Notes under the pieces: generated by a model | What the model saw: the letters and a program-made list of their open reading frames with translations, nothing else | Databases searched by the model: none | What the model was told of the DNA's origin: nothing | NCBI GenBank assembly: GCA_964480705.1 | Contig: CAYZPC010000001.1 | Location: 31,297 to 95,296, forward strand | Length of the DNA: 64,000 nt | DNA from: an uncultured archaeon | GTDB lineage: Archaea > Iainarchaeota > Iainarchaeia > Iainarchaeales > VGJJ01 | Direction: 5' to 3' | Translations under genes and position numbers: made by a program | Part shown: positions 47,024-56,864 of the stretch, one piece after another | How positions within the stretch are numbered: position 1 is the stretch's first letter | Layout of the letters: every line of letters starts with the position of its first letter

Positions 47024-48199
47024 CTACCCTAAAGTAGTGAGCAAATATGGCACGACTGCAAGTGTCGCGAGCATGCTCCCCAGATTGGCGAGCACGGTGA
47101 TAAGGAGGATTTGTGTCACGCGGTTTTTTCGAAACGATTGAAGGGAGTTCAACTCGCTTAATCCTGTGAAGTCCTTCATATTGGGCGCATCGCGTTTCGC
47201 TTCCATCGCCGCAGCCACCCATCCTGCTGCAATTAAGGGGTGGAGCGCGGCCAGCCACGCCGTGAGAAAAACACCTATGGCAGTACTCCAGTGCGCTCCG
47301 CCTAACATTGCTCCAATGGATGCGAGCACGCCGTGTCCCACAAACCAAAATAATAGGAAATGCAGCGAGGATTCAATTCCGCCTTGTAAAAATAACCATC
47401 CAAACACTGCGACAAATACCACTGGGATTCCCCATTCTATCCATTTGTTTTTTTTCTCGGTGGGAACAATATTCAATTCGGCCAGAGGGATGAGTTTTTC
47501 CGCGTTTCCTTTGGTGTGTGCGTGCAAGTGTTCGATTATTCCTTTCACGTGTCCCGCCCCCACTATTCCAACAATTTTTTTTCCAGGAGTTTGAATGAGC
47601 GCATGCGCAATGTACGAATCGCGTTCATCCACCAGCGTTCGTTTGAGTTTGGGATATTCGCGCGATAAATCTTCCATGAGTTTTGTCACGAGGTCGCTTT
47701 GTTTCATTTCTTCAATTTTTTTTTCATCGAGTTTTTCTTCCACTCCGCCAAATAATCCCATCACGAGGCTTCCGCCAAGTTTTAATTTTTCCCAAATGCT
47801 AACGTTGGCGAGGGCGCGCTTCATGGTGATTTGTAAACTTCTATCCATGAGCAATAGCGGTGTTTTAGTCTGTTGCGCGTACTCCACCGCAACTTTCATT
47901 TCATCCCCGGGTTTTACTCCCACATTTTCTCCTAATCTTTTTTGCATGTTGGAGAGGAACAAATTCAATAGCACTAATCCGCTTTGCCCCGACTCAATGA
48001 GCTTCAACACATTCGTGTTTTCCCACTGGTCACCATTCATGAGTTTTTGCAATCGTATTTCGTCTAATTCTACTCCCACAATAGTGGGTTTTTCTTCTTC
48101 AATCGTTTTTTGTACTAATTCCACACTCGCTCTGGAGATGTGTGCCGTTCCCACGAGGATGATTTCTTTTTCTCCTACTTTAATGCGGAAAATGCTCAT
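47024..48199 (-). CDS. TraB/PrgY/GumN-family protein with C-terminal TM domain
   Basis: VGTAHISRASVELV..VGVELDEIR N-terminal motif; 4 C-terminal TM helices. Confidence 0.7.
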   Translation of the reverse strand: MSIFRIKVGEKEIILVGTAHISRASVELVQKTIEEEKPTIVGVELDEIRLQKLMNGDQWENTNVLKLIESGQSGLVLLNLFLSNMQKRLGENVGVKPGDEMKVAVEYAQQTKTPLLLMDRSLQITMKRALANVSIWEKLKLGGSLVMGLFGGVEEKLDEKKIEEMKQSDLVTKLMEDLSREYPKLKRTLVDERDSYIAHALIQTPGKKIVGIVGAGHVKGIIEHLHAHTKGNAEKLIPLAELNIVPTEKKNKWIEWGIPVVFVAVFGWLFLQGGIESSLHFLLFWFVGHGVLASIGAMLGGAHWSTAIGVFLTAWLAALHPLIAAGWVAAAMEAKRDAPNMKDFTGLSELNSLQSFRKNRVTQILLITVLANLGSMLATLAVVPYLLTTLG

Positions 48200-48404
48200 T
48201 TACATGTGTGAGTCCGTGCTTATTAAAAAAGGGTTGATGGGGAAAATAACATATGACAACTGTATTATCTCAGGAAGTGTTATCCGTTCTCGTCTGTCCC
48301 AAGGATAGAGGGGAATTATCCTATTCTTCCTCAGCAAACACCCTCACGTGCAACACGTGCAAACACGTGTATTCGATTGTGAATGGCGTTCCCAACATGC
48401 TGAA

Positions 48405-48962
48405 CTAATTAGTTGGTTTGCGTCCCGCCCATTTTCTCCACATTTCCTCAGGATTTTCCAGCAAATATTTTCGAATGCGATCCCCAATCATTTTGGGCGT
48501 CATGTCGCGCGCGACAAGAACCATGACTGTTTTTTTTCCACCGTGTGAAATTTCTCCCACGTATCCCATTTGGGGATTGAGAAATTGAATAAGTATTCGT
48601 TTCATTTGTTTTATTTCTGTCCGTTTTCGTGCATCAAGTATTGGTGCGTTTCGCAGGGCATTATATTTTTTCCAAAACGAAAGTACGGGACTTTCTTTTG
48701 TTTGGTCGGCAAAAAATTTTTCGGGGGAAGAATACCATTTCCACGGGAGTAAAAGTTTTTCAGTCATGCGTTTTTGTTCGGCGGGTGTGGCGCGTGAAAA
48801 AAGATTTCCAACTACTCGTTCTCGAACGGCTTTCATTCGCGCAGAAAAGTGTTCTGCATTTTCCCGATGCGTCGCATACGTGGGTGTGGGTTTTTTCGCG
48901 GCGCGGCGTTGTATGCGCACTACTCTTCGCTGTCTGCGCTTAGATGCCGGTTGCCCATTCAT
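48405..48962 (-). CDS. Hypothetical basic protein, third gene of the Lhr-MPE operon
   Basis: 185 aa, R/K-rich N-terminus; 20-nt gap from the MPE stop. Confidence 0.5.
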   Translation of the reverse strand: MNGQPASKRRQRRVVRIQRRAAKKPTPTYATHRENAEHFSARMKAVRERVVGNLFSRATPAEQKRMTEKLLLPWKWYSSPEKFFADQTKESPVLSFWKKYNALRNAPILDARKRTEIKQMKRILIQFLNPQMGYVGEISHGGKKTVMVLVARDMTPKMIGDRIRKYLLENPEEMWRKWAGRKPTN

Positions 48963-48981
48963 GCGTGGAATGGGTTTTTGT

Positions 48982-49809
48982 CTAATTTAAACGTTCCAAC
49001 AACCCAAAATCGTACACGCTGTCTTCCACTAACCACGCGCGAAAATGGTCCAGTTTTCCTTGCAGAAAGGGCGATAGTGCTCCTTCTCGCGGATCGCTTC
49101 CCGGCGCAGCAAAATTGAATGAGGGCAGCACTAAAATGCGCTTGTTTTCATAATTTCCCACGAGAAAGCATTTGTATTTTTGTTTGGTGGCCCCATCTTG
49201 TAATTCAATCGCGGGGTGGTCGTGTCCAATAATCACCGTGTGAGCGTTTTCATACGCTTCATCGTTTGGAATTTCGTGTCCGTGGCACACGTATGCGCGC
49301 GAGTGTTCTAACAGCACGCCTTTTTTCTCTAATTTTACTTTAGCAAATCGTGCAATGGGTTCAATGGCAATGTCATGATTTCCTTTGATAATGGTTATTC
49401 TGTCCGAGTGTTCGCTCAATAATTCAAGTAGTTGAATGACCTCTCTCCATTCTTGGTTGGATGCATTTCCAAACCCATGTTTAATATCTCCATTCAAAAA
49501 AATGTGCGAAACATGTTTTTTTTCGGTAAAGAGCGCGCGCAAATGTTCCTTCACTTCTTTGAAATTGAATCGCGGAAGAAACACTCCTTGGTTGTTGTAG
49601 TGTTCTTCTAATCCTAATTGTAAATCCCCCAAAATGAGGCAATCATCCGCAGGCACGTAGAGTGCTAAATCCATTGCTTGAAAACCTGGGGCAATTTCCA
49701 CGGGAAGAAGTGTAGTGTGCGTGTGGGCAGGCGCCTCACTATGCGTCGCGTGAATTAGTTTTCCCAGGGGGTGTTTTTCTTTTTTCTCAGGCTTCTTGGG
49801 CGGTGACAT
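48982..49809 (-). CDS. mpe: Metallophosphoesterase (calcineurin-like), MPE nuclease partner of Lhr
   Basis: GDLQLG, NGDIKHGFG, GNHD, GHEIP, GHDHP motifs; overlaps the Lhr stop. Confidence 0.75.
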   Translation of the reverse strand: MSPPKKPEKKEKHPLGKLIHATHSEAPAHTHTTLLPVEIAPGFQAMDLALYVPADDCLILGDLQLGLEEHYNNQGVFLPRFNFKEVKEHLRALFTEKKHVSHIFLNGDIKHGFGNASNQEWREVIQLLELLSEHSDRITIIKGNHDIAIEPIARFAKVKLEKKGVLLEHSRAYVCHGHEIPNDEAYENAHTVIIGHDHPAIELQDGATKQKYKCFLVGNYENKRILVLPSFNFAAPGSDPREGALSPFLQGKLDHFRAWLVEDSVYDFGLLERLN

Positions 49810-52381
49810 TCTGCATCACCTTCTCGTGCATGCGCTTGATAAAACTGAGCCTGTCTTCGAGTTTGACCAGGTCATAGTGTCCTTGCGCAATGAGGTTGAA
49901 CGCGAAGGGAGAAAACGTGTCGAGGTGCACAATATTCACCTTAATCATTCCCTGCTCAATGGCGGTGATGATTTCTTTGGCGTGGGGCATGTCCATTAAG
50001 TCTTCTAATACTTCACGGCGTGCCTCGCGTAAAATGGGGAAGTTTTCATCCATTCGCATAACAGCTGAAAGTAAGAGGCGTGAGGACATTTGCTGTCGTC
50101 CAACAGACTTGGTGCGCCCCATGTAGGTGCGCAATATCATAAACGCTCGCGTCGCACAATGTCTGAATCTCCTTCGGAGAACTTCCGAGGTGCGCAATGC
50201 TATTTCTAGAATTTTTTCAAACTCCCATGAGTGTACGAGTGAGATGAGTTTTTCGGGCGAGGCTTTTCCTCCAAATCGGAGGGCAAAGCCATTGTCTCCG
50301 AGTAATATGTCCACATCCTGATGAATCATTCGTCCTAATGCATACGCGTAGGCGCGCGACATCGCATCATTTACTCTCCTTCCAAAGAGGGTGTGAAAAA
50401 CAAAATTGGTCATTCCTTCTTCTTTCACTACTTCTAACAACACGCTTCCGTGGTGGGGAATCTCGGCAAAATGGAATTGCTGGTAAAAATATTCATAGAT
50501 GGCATTCGCTGCGTATTTGTCCACATACAAGTAGGAGTCAATGAAAGTGAGAATTTCTTTTTTGCTTTTTTTGAGTCGGAATTTTTCTTGCATGAGTTTT
50601 CTAAATTTTTGAATTTCCAGCGCCAAATCGTATGATAGTGGGAGCATCTCTGACACCCAGCTTGGAATCGTGGGGATTCCTCCGGATGCTTTAGCTTGTA
50701 CGGTCATTCCGCGTGCGAATTGAAACTCCATTGTGTTTCCACCTAATGCAAATCGGTCTCCTTTTTTGAGGCGGTCCATGAATGCTTCATCAAATGTTCC
50801 AATGACGTGTTCGCCAATCTTCACTTTCACTTTTGCTTCATCGGGAATCGTTCCCAAGTTTGTCATGTATAGCATGCGCGCCATTTTTCCGCGTTTTCCC
50901 ATCATGCCAGTGGCTTCATCTATCCACACTTTCGCGTACACGTGTCTAACTTCCAATCCCGCGTAATGTCCGCTCAAATAATCAATGATCGCATTGAAAT
51001 CCGCTCGCGTGAGGGTCTCATACGGGTATGCGCGCGTGACTTCCTCATACACTTCTTCAATTTTTCGCGGATCATTTACGACCATTCCAATAATGTGCTG
51101 CGCCAACACATCAAGTGCATTTTTGGGTACGTGAACACGGTCAATGTTTTTTTCAATGGCATTTTTCAGCAGCACGCCGCACTCTACTAAATCATCTCGG
51201 TCTAACACGACAATTCGTCCCTTCACCACATCATGCAGTTTGTGTCCCGCGCGTCCAATTCGTTGCAATGCGCGCGCCACTCCCTTTGGGCTGCCTAACA
51301 AAATGACCAAATCGATGTATCCAATGTCAATTCCTAATTCAAGCGACGTAGACGAGACGCACACTTTGTATTTTCCCGTTTTCAAGTTGTCCTCTACTTG
51401 AAGTCGGTGTTCGCGTGACAAACTCGAGTGGTGGGCGCCAATAAATCCTTCATATTTGCTCGGATATTTTTCTTTCAAGTGATGCACCACTCTCTCGGTG
51501 GCCGCCCTCGTATTCGTGAAAATTAATGTTGAGCGGTGGTTTCCAATTAAATCATCTAGCAAGCGGTACACCGCTTCATCCATTTTTTTCTGAGTAGTAT
51601 TAATCAAATCCGGTAATGGAGAGAGTACTTTCATGTCCATTTCCTTGATGTGGGACACATCCACTACTTTGCACGGTCGCGTTTTTCCCTTGTTTTCGTT
51701 TCCAACTAAATAGTTAGCCACTTCATCCAACGGTGCCACGGTCGCGGATAACCCAATGCGTGTAATAGCTGGAGAGAGTCGCTGCAAGCTTTCCATGCTG
51801 AGTGCGAGCATCGTTCCTCGTTTTCCGCTGGCAATCGCGTGAATTTCATCCACAATAATCCAGCGCGCCTCTTTCATTGCGAGAGAAAATTTTGGTGCGG
51901 TGAGCATGATAGCAAGTGTTTCCGGTGTCGTGATGAGGATGTGAGGCGGTTTCTTCAGCATCGCTGCGCGTTCATTTTGAGGCGTGTCTCCGGTTCGCAC
52001 CCCAATGCGAATAGGATATTCTTTTCCCAATTTTGCGGCTGCCTTTTGAACTTCTTCTAAGGGTGCTTTCAAATTTTTTTCAATGTCGTTTGACAATGCT
52101 CGCAGCGGAGAAACATACACCGCGTACACTTTGTCCTCCAGTTGTTGTGCGTCCGAGAGGTGCATTAATTCCGATAACACGGCCGCAAACGCGGAGAGTG
52201 TTTTTCCCGTTCCGGTGGGGGCGGAGATGAGAATGTTGTCGCGGCGGTGAATGGATACAATGGAATAAAGCTGCGGCTCCGTAAATCCCTTGAAGTGGTG
52301 CTTGAAGTACCCCCCCAAGAGCGGGTGCAAGGATGCATACACTTCCGTCTCGGGAAACTTTTGGGTGAGGCGCGTAATCAT
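49787..52381 (-). CDS. lhr: Lhr-like large superfamily-2 DNA helicase (Lhr-Core: RecA1-RecA2-WH-domain 4)
   Basis: APTGTGKT, DEIH, SATV, and 864-aa length with Lhr-like C-terminal domains. Confidence 0.85.
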   Translation of the reverse strand: MITRLTQKFPETEVYASLHPLLGGYFKHHFKGFTEPQLYSIVSIHRRDNILISAPTGTGKTLSAFAAVLSELMHLSDAQQLEDKVYAVYVSPLRALSNDIEKNLKAPLEEVQKAAAKLGKEYPIRIGVRTGDTPQNERAAMLKKPPHILITTPETLAIMLTAPKFSLAMKEARWIIVDEIHAIASGKRGTMLALSMESLQRLSPAITRIGLSATVAPLDEVANYLVGNENKGKTRPCKVVDVSHIKEMDMKVLSPLPDLINTTQKKMDEAVYRLLDDLIGNHRSTLIFTNTRAATERVVHHLKEKYPSKYEGFIGAHHSSLSREHRLQVEDNLKTGKYKVCVSSTSLELGIDIGYIDLVILLGSPKGVARALQRIGRAGHKLHDVVKGRIVVLDRDDLVECGVLLKNAIEKNIDRVHVPKNALDVLAQHIIGMVVNDPRKIEEVYEEVTRAYPYETLTRADFNAIIDYLSGHYAGLEVRHVYAKVWIDEATGMMGKRGKMARMLYMTNLGTIPDEAKVKVKIGEHVIGTFDEAFMDRLKKGDRFALGGNTMEFQFARGMTVQAKASGGIPTIPSWVSEMLPLSYDLALEIQKFRKLMQEKFRLKKSKKEILTFIDSYLYVDKYAANAIYEYFYQQFHFAEIPHHGSVLLEVVKEEGMTNFVFHTLFGRRVNDAMSRAYAYALGRMIHQDVDILLGDNGFALRFGGKASPEKLISLVHSWEFEKILEIALRTSEVLRRRFRHCATRAFMILRTYMGRTKSVGRQQMSSRLLLSAVMRMDENFPILREARREVLEDLMDMPHAKEIITAIEQGMIKVNIVHLDTFSPFAFNLIAQGHYDLVKLEDRLSFIKRMHEKVMQNVTAQEA

Positions 52382-52505
52382 TGTTTTTCACTAAAATGGT
52401 TATCTATCGGTCATGCGATAGGCTAGTATACGAAAACGTGGAAATAGGATTAAAATGCCATGCGGGGTGGAGCGCCAATATATACTCTTTTTTCCTTGGC
52501 TCTTA

Positions 52506-53141
52506 ATGGAAATTCTCTCCTATCGCGAATCGCGTATTTTCTCAAAGCAGGCAACCGACCGTATTTTGCAGTCCATTGCTCGAGCGAATGGTCCGATTGT
52601 TCTTCCGGTGGATATTGAATCAATTGCCCATTGCCGCCGCGCCGCACGAGACCCCGCAGTGGTTGCTTCCATTGCAAAAAACCCGTATGGTTTGGACGTA
52701 ATCTCTCTAGCCATTTATTCGATGGCACAAGGAAAGCAAATCGTTCCCATGTTTAATTCAGCGTGGAAAAAACTAGGCAAGCAACATCATCAAGCCTATG
52801 CCGCTTTCGAATCATTGTCAAGTCGTTCGAATGATTTGGCTCGTGCACGCGTGCAGTACGCCCATCGCGAATATTCAATTGAAGCGGCTCGTCTCAAAAA
52901 TTTTTATGAGCGTTTTAGAAAAATTTCTCCTGCGTTGATTGTGGCGGAAGATAATTATGCGATTATTTTTGGCAAACTATTTCGCACCCGCGTACAGAGA
53001 CTCAGCCGACATTCCCGGAGCGGTTTGATGATCATTCGTAAAGTTTGGCCTCACGTAGTGGAAGCATTTAGGGATAATCCCGTTGCTATTCACTCGCGCA
53101 GGCATGGGAGAAAAATAAGGCGTTTGAGAAAAGGAAAGTGA
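52506..53141 (+). CDS. Hypothetical basic protein
   Basis: ORF only. Confidence 0.4.
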   Translation: MEILSYRESRIFSKQATDRILQSIARANGPIVLPVDIESIAHCRRAARDPAVVASIAKNPYGLDVISLAIYSMAQGKQIVPMFNSAWKKLGKQHHQAYAAFESLSSRSNDLARARVQYAHREYSIEAARLKNFYERFRKISPALIVAEDNYAIIFGKLFRTRVQRLSRHSRSGLMIIRKVWPHVVEAFRDNPVAIHSRRHGRKIRRLRKGK

Positions 53142-53260
53142 GTGCAAAAACGGGCGCGGGAAATTTCTTTCCCGCTACCCAATTTGCTGAGGAGATGTTT
53201 CTGGGAAGGGTGATAAAATGCGTCTGCCCCTTTGTGGGGCAATTTTTACTTGTTTTTGAT

Positions 53261-53283
53261 CAAACTTTTTAGGAAAAAGTTTG
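53261..53283. repeat. Palindrome CAAACTTTTTAGGAAAAAGTTTG preceded by TTGAT (A5/T5 family)
   Basis: Near-identical to the copy at 42307. Confidence 0.6.
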
Positions 53284-53581
53284 GTGGTTGGGAGCCTTCG
53301 GAATTATCCTGTTCGAGCCAGGTGAGCCTACTCCCAAACCAAGTTTGAGATTGTCATATTCCGATCTTGTTCAACCACCTCGCGCAATCTTTACTCGTTT
53401 TCTCATATATAATCCTGCCAAAACCATATTTCCGCTCTTTTGTATCATGTATTCATGTTTGCTATTTTTTTTGTTTCATCGATTGTTGTTCCACTCTCTA
53501 AATGAAACAATTCTCTCGAAGGAGCCATTCTTCGAGTATCGCACGAAACGCGTTTAAAGGAGGAAATTCCCTTGTACGTGT

Positions 53582-54244
53582 ATGCGAAATTCCCTTTCCC
53601 ATAAAGAAAAGCAGGTTTTGATTGAGCTCGCCAAAAATGCGCGCCTCTCCGATAGAGAATTGGCTTCGCGGTTGAAAACGTCACAACCCACCGTCACACG
53701 CATTCGTACTCGTCTCATTGAAGATGGCTTCGTGGACCGCTTCATGATTCTTCCCCGCTTGGAAAAATTGGGATTGAAGTTTCACGCATTCACGTTTGTG
53801 CGCACTAACGCGTTTGCTTCGAGCAAAAAAATGGCGGCGTGGGCAGCGGAGCAGCCGTGTGTTGTTTTTTCCTCGGAAGGAGATGGTATTCGCAATCATT
53901 CGGTGGTGTTTGAGTCTTTTCACGAGGACTATGCGGACTATTCTCAAGTCATGCGCTCGTTTAAGGAAAAATTTTCAGGACAATGGGTGGATGTCACTCC
54001 TTTTTTCTCGGATGTGCAGAATATTTCCAAATATTACCACTGGCACCCCCTCATCGAGGATCGTGTACATAAAATCAAAACAGAATTAGGGGAGAAGCGT
54101 GTCTCCAATCGCGAGCGTTTGCGCGCGGCGCTGGAAAAGTTTCCCAATCCCTTGGAACGAATTTCCAATCCCCTGCGTTCGCGTGATGGAAAAGAGTTGA
54201 AAGATGAAAAAAATGATGATGCTGAAAAAGTTCCTGAAAAATAA
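53582..54244 (+). CDS. lrp: Lrp/AsnC-family transcriptional regulator with acidic/basic C-terminal extension
   Basis: N-terminal HTH KQVLIELAKNARLSDRELASRLKTSQPTVTRIRTRLIEDGFV plus RAM-like domain; AAGGAGG RBS. Confidence 0.8.
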   Translation: MRNSLSHKEKQVLIELAKNARLSDRELASRLKTSQPTVTRIRTRLIEDGFVDRFMILPRLEKLGLKFHAFTFVRTNAFASSKKMAAWAAEQPCVVFSSEGDGIRNHSVVFESFHEDYADYSQVMRSFKEKFSGQWVDVTPFFSDVQNISKYYHWHPLIEDRVHKIKTELGEKRVSNRERLRAALEKFPNPLERISNPLRSRDGKELKDEKNDDAEKVPEK

Positions 54245-54255
54245 TCATTCAGCAC

Positions 54256-54522
54256 TTACAGCATGTCGGGCTCTTCCATGGGTGTGAAGAGGTTGCGCGT
54301 TCCAAAACAATTGGGATAGTCTGGGCAGCTCCAGAATGAGTGTTTTTTTCCTGTTTTGATGACCATTTTGGTATCGCAATTCGGGCAGGGCGGAATGGTG
54401 GTGGGAACATTCACGTGCATCTCGCACGAGGGTAAATGAAGTGTATTCGTGGTGGTGGATTTTTTTCCACAGACCGAGCAAAAAGTAAGAGTTGTTTCCA
54501 CTGTTTTACTCACCGCACGCAT
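54256..54522 (-). CDS. Zinc-ribbon protein (topoisomerase-type C4 zinc finger)
   Basis: CPNCDTKMVIKTGKKHSFWSCPDYPNC plus an upstream CSVCGKK pair. Confidence 0.6.
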   Translation of the reverse strand: MRAVSKTVETTLTFCSVCGKKSTTTNTLHLPSCEMHVNVPTTIPPCPNCDTKMVIKTGKKHSFWSCPDYPNCFGTRNLFTPMEEPDML

Positions 54523-54613
54523 ATCACTATTTCTCGTGAAAAGGTGTTTTAAACCGCTCGTTTCCGGGTGGTTTTCCCCACACTTTATATCTCTGTTTCA
54601 CGTTTTTTTCTGC

Positions 54614-55408
54614 ATGCCTCCTGCATCTTCCTCTAAGTCTCCGGCTGCTATTTCCAAAAAGGTTATTTTTGTGGCGCTGGAAAATATTCTCATTCCCGGC
54701 GAGGCGGTCAAGGATATTTCTCCTGCCAACGTAGAATCTTTTTTAGTAGAATTATCGGCGTTTGCCAAATCCGCCAATGTTCGCGTCTTCCTTCTTTCGG
54801 TTCACGATAAAACCTGGGCTGAAAATCTCGTGCGTGAGAAGAAATGGGAGAATTTTTTTCCCACTTCCACTATTTTTGGCATTACAGAGGCCTATTTGGA
54901 TAGCATGCAGCCCGTGGATCGTGCTCGGTTTGAAACCAAGCGGAAAGAAAACCCCGAATCGGTGGATGAGTATTACCGTCAAGTTGCCATGCAGGAAATT
55001 ATTTCCACCCACCATTTTTCTCCGGAAGAATGCGTGTTAATTGGTCAAGATTATTGGTTTGATGGGTTTTACACTCGAAGGTATGCCCTGGTGGACATTC
55101 TCTTCATTGAAAGCGCTCTCACCTCGCGGGGAAAACCCATTCCGGAGAAAATTAGTGGATTGTGGTATGCTCCCCTCGACTTCAAATCCGTTCAGTCTTT
55201 TTTCCGCAGCGATGCTTCCGCACCAAACTACAAACCCTTAGACACGTGGGCGAGTGTCACGCTCACGGAGGAATTGTTGGGTGCCCAAAAGTTCAACATG
55301 ATTAAGCGCCTCGTTTTGGAAAAAAAGAAAGACGGCACCATCCATCCGGTGTCATCCTCCTTTCACACGACTCCTTCCTCGGACAATGGCCCCCCTCCCG
55401 TGGTGTAA
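54614..55408 (+). CDS. Hypothetical protein
   Basis: ORF 54449..55408 with N-terminal hydrophobic stretch; start uncertain. Confidence 0.4.
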   Translation: MPPASSSKSPAAISKKVIFVALENILIPGEAVKDISPANVESFLVELSAFAKSANVRVFLLSVHDKTWAENLVREKKWENFFPTSTIFGITEAYLDSMQPVDRARFETKRKENPESVDEYYRQVAMQEIISTHHFSPEECVLIGQDYWFDGFYTRRYALVDILFIESALTSRGKPIPEKISGLWYAPLDFKSVQSFFRSDASAPNYKPLDTWASVTLTEELLGAQKFNMIKRLVLEKKKDGTIHPVSSSFHTTPSSDNGPPPVV

Positions 55409-55531
55409 CGCCAAAAATCCCTATTTTGCCTTTATTTTCCATTTTAATCTGTTTCTGGCCTCCTCCGAGACAGTCTTTTAACCCTTGACGCATATAGCAT
55501 TGCCATCTCTTGAAAGAGGGTGAAATTACCC

Positions 55532-56809
55532 ATGAAAAGTCCGTTTGCTGTCGAAAAAGTTCGTGCTCATTTAGTGTATGACTCGCGTGGCTTCCCCACG
55601 ATTGAGGTTATTGCCAATTCAGGTTCCATTTCTGCCTCCGCCACCGCTCCTGCGGGAGTGAGCAAGGGTCGTTTTGAAGCCCATGATTTGCGCGATGAGG
55701 AATCATTTATGGGAATGGGTGTCCAGAAGGCCATCCGGAATGTGAACGGCCCCATTAATAGTGAACTCAAAGACATGAATGCGGTTGCCCAAGCGGATAT
55801 TGATAAGGCCCTCATTGAGTTGGATGGAACCCCCAACAAGTCAAAATTGGGTGCCAATGCTCTCATTGCCACGTCCATTGCCATTACTCGTTTAGGTGCT
55901 TTGTTGCAAGACAAGCCCTTGTATGAGCACATTCACTCTCTCGCCACCGCGGGAAAGCCCGGAAAGTCTGCTCCCACGCTTCCATTGCCCATGATTAATG
56001 TGTTGAATGGTGGAAAGCACGCTGGAAACGATTTGCCTTTTCAAGAATTTTTGATTACTCCCACGAAAGCCAAGAGCGTCGCAGATGCGATTCAAATTTC
56101 GTCTGAAATTTATCACACCTTGCGCGAGCACGTGGGGAAAAATTTTGATATTCGTGCCACAAACGTTGGAGAGACGGGCGGTCTAGCCATTCCGACGGGT
56201 AGTGTCAACGTGGCGCTGGATGTTATTCTCGCAGCGGCCAAAGAGGCGGGTCATGAAAAACAAATCAAAATTGGTTTGTCAATTGCGGGTTCGCACATGC
56301 GCAAAAAAGGCGCGTATGTTATTGATGGTAAACCCCTCACGCATCGCCAGCTCGTTAATTATTATGTGAATCTCGTCGAGCAATACCCTATTTCAATGCT
56401 CGAGGACCCGTTTGCAGAAGATGATTTGCAGGGTTATCAAGGTTTGATGACGCGCGTGGGAGCGACTCACTCAATTGTGGGGGACGATTTGCTCGTTTCC
56501 TCTCCTACTCGAATTAAGCGCGTGTTGGATTTGAAAGCGTGCAATGGGTTGAACTTGAAACCCAACCAGGTGGGAACCGTTTCCGAAGTGTTGGAAGCAT
56601 TCCACCTCGCGCGCAATGCCAAGTGGACTACCATTGTGAGTGACCGTGCCGGAGAAACCGAGGATTCATTCATCGCTGATTTAGCCGTTGGAATTGGTGC
56701 CGAATATTTGAAAGCCGGCGGAATGGCCCGCTCGGAGCGCGTGGCGAAATACAACCGCTTGTTGCGAATCGAGGAAGAGTTAGGAAAGAAAGCCGTTTTG
56801 AAGAAATAA
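55532..56809 (+). CDS. eno: Enolase
   Basis: Full-length enolase layout with RBS GAGGGTGA upstream. Confidence 0.92.
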   Translation: MKSPFAVEKVRAHLVYDSRGFPTIEVIANSGSISASATAPAGVSKGRFEAHDLRDEESFMGMGVQKAIRNVNGPINSELKDMNAVAQADIDKALIELDGTPNKSKLGANALIATSIAITRLGALLQDKPLYEHIHSLATAGKPGKSAPTLPLPMINVLNGGKHAGNDLPFQEFLITPTKAKSVADAIQISSEIYHTLREHVGKNFDIRATNVGETGGLAIPTGSVNVALDVILAAAKEAGHEKQIKIGLSIAGSHMRKKGAYVIDGKPLTHRQLVNYYVNLVEQYPISMLEDPFAEDDLQGYQGLMTRVGATHSIVGDDLLVSSPTRIKRVLDLKACNGLNLKPNQVGTVSEVLEAFHLARNAKWTTIVSDRAGETEDSFIADLAVGIGAEYLKAGGMARSERVAKYNRLLRIEEELGKKAVLKK

Positions 56810-56864
56810 TTTTTGAAAAAAAGAGTTCGGGGAATTATTTTTCCCCATTTTTTGTTTTTTCTAA

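Noticed and set aside
3338-53283. A dispersed palindrome family might be CRISPR repeats
   Set aside because: Copies are tens of kb apart, not regularly spaced, and no cas genes are present. They sit at gene ends.
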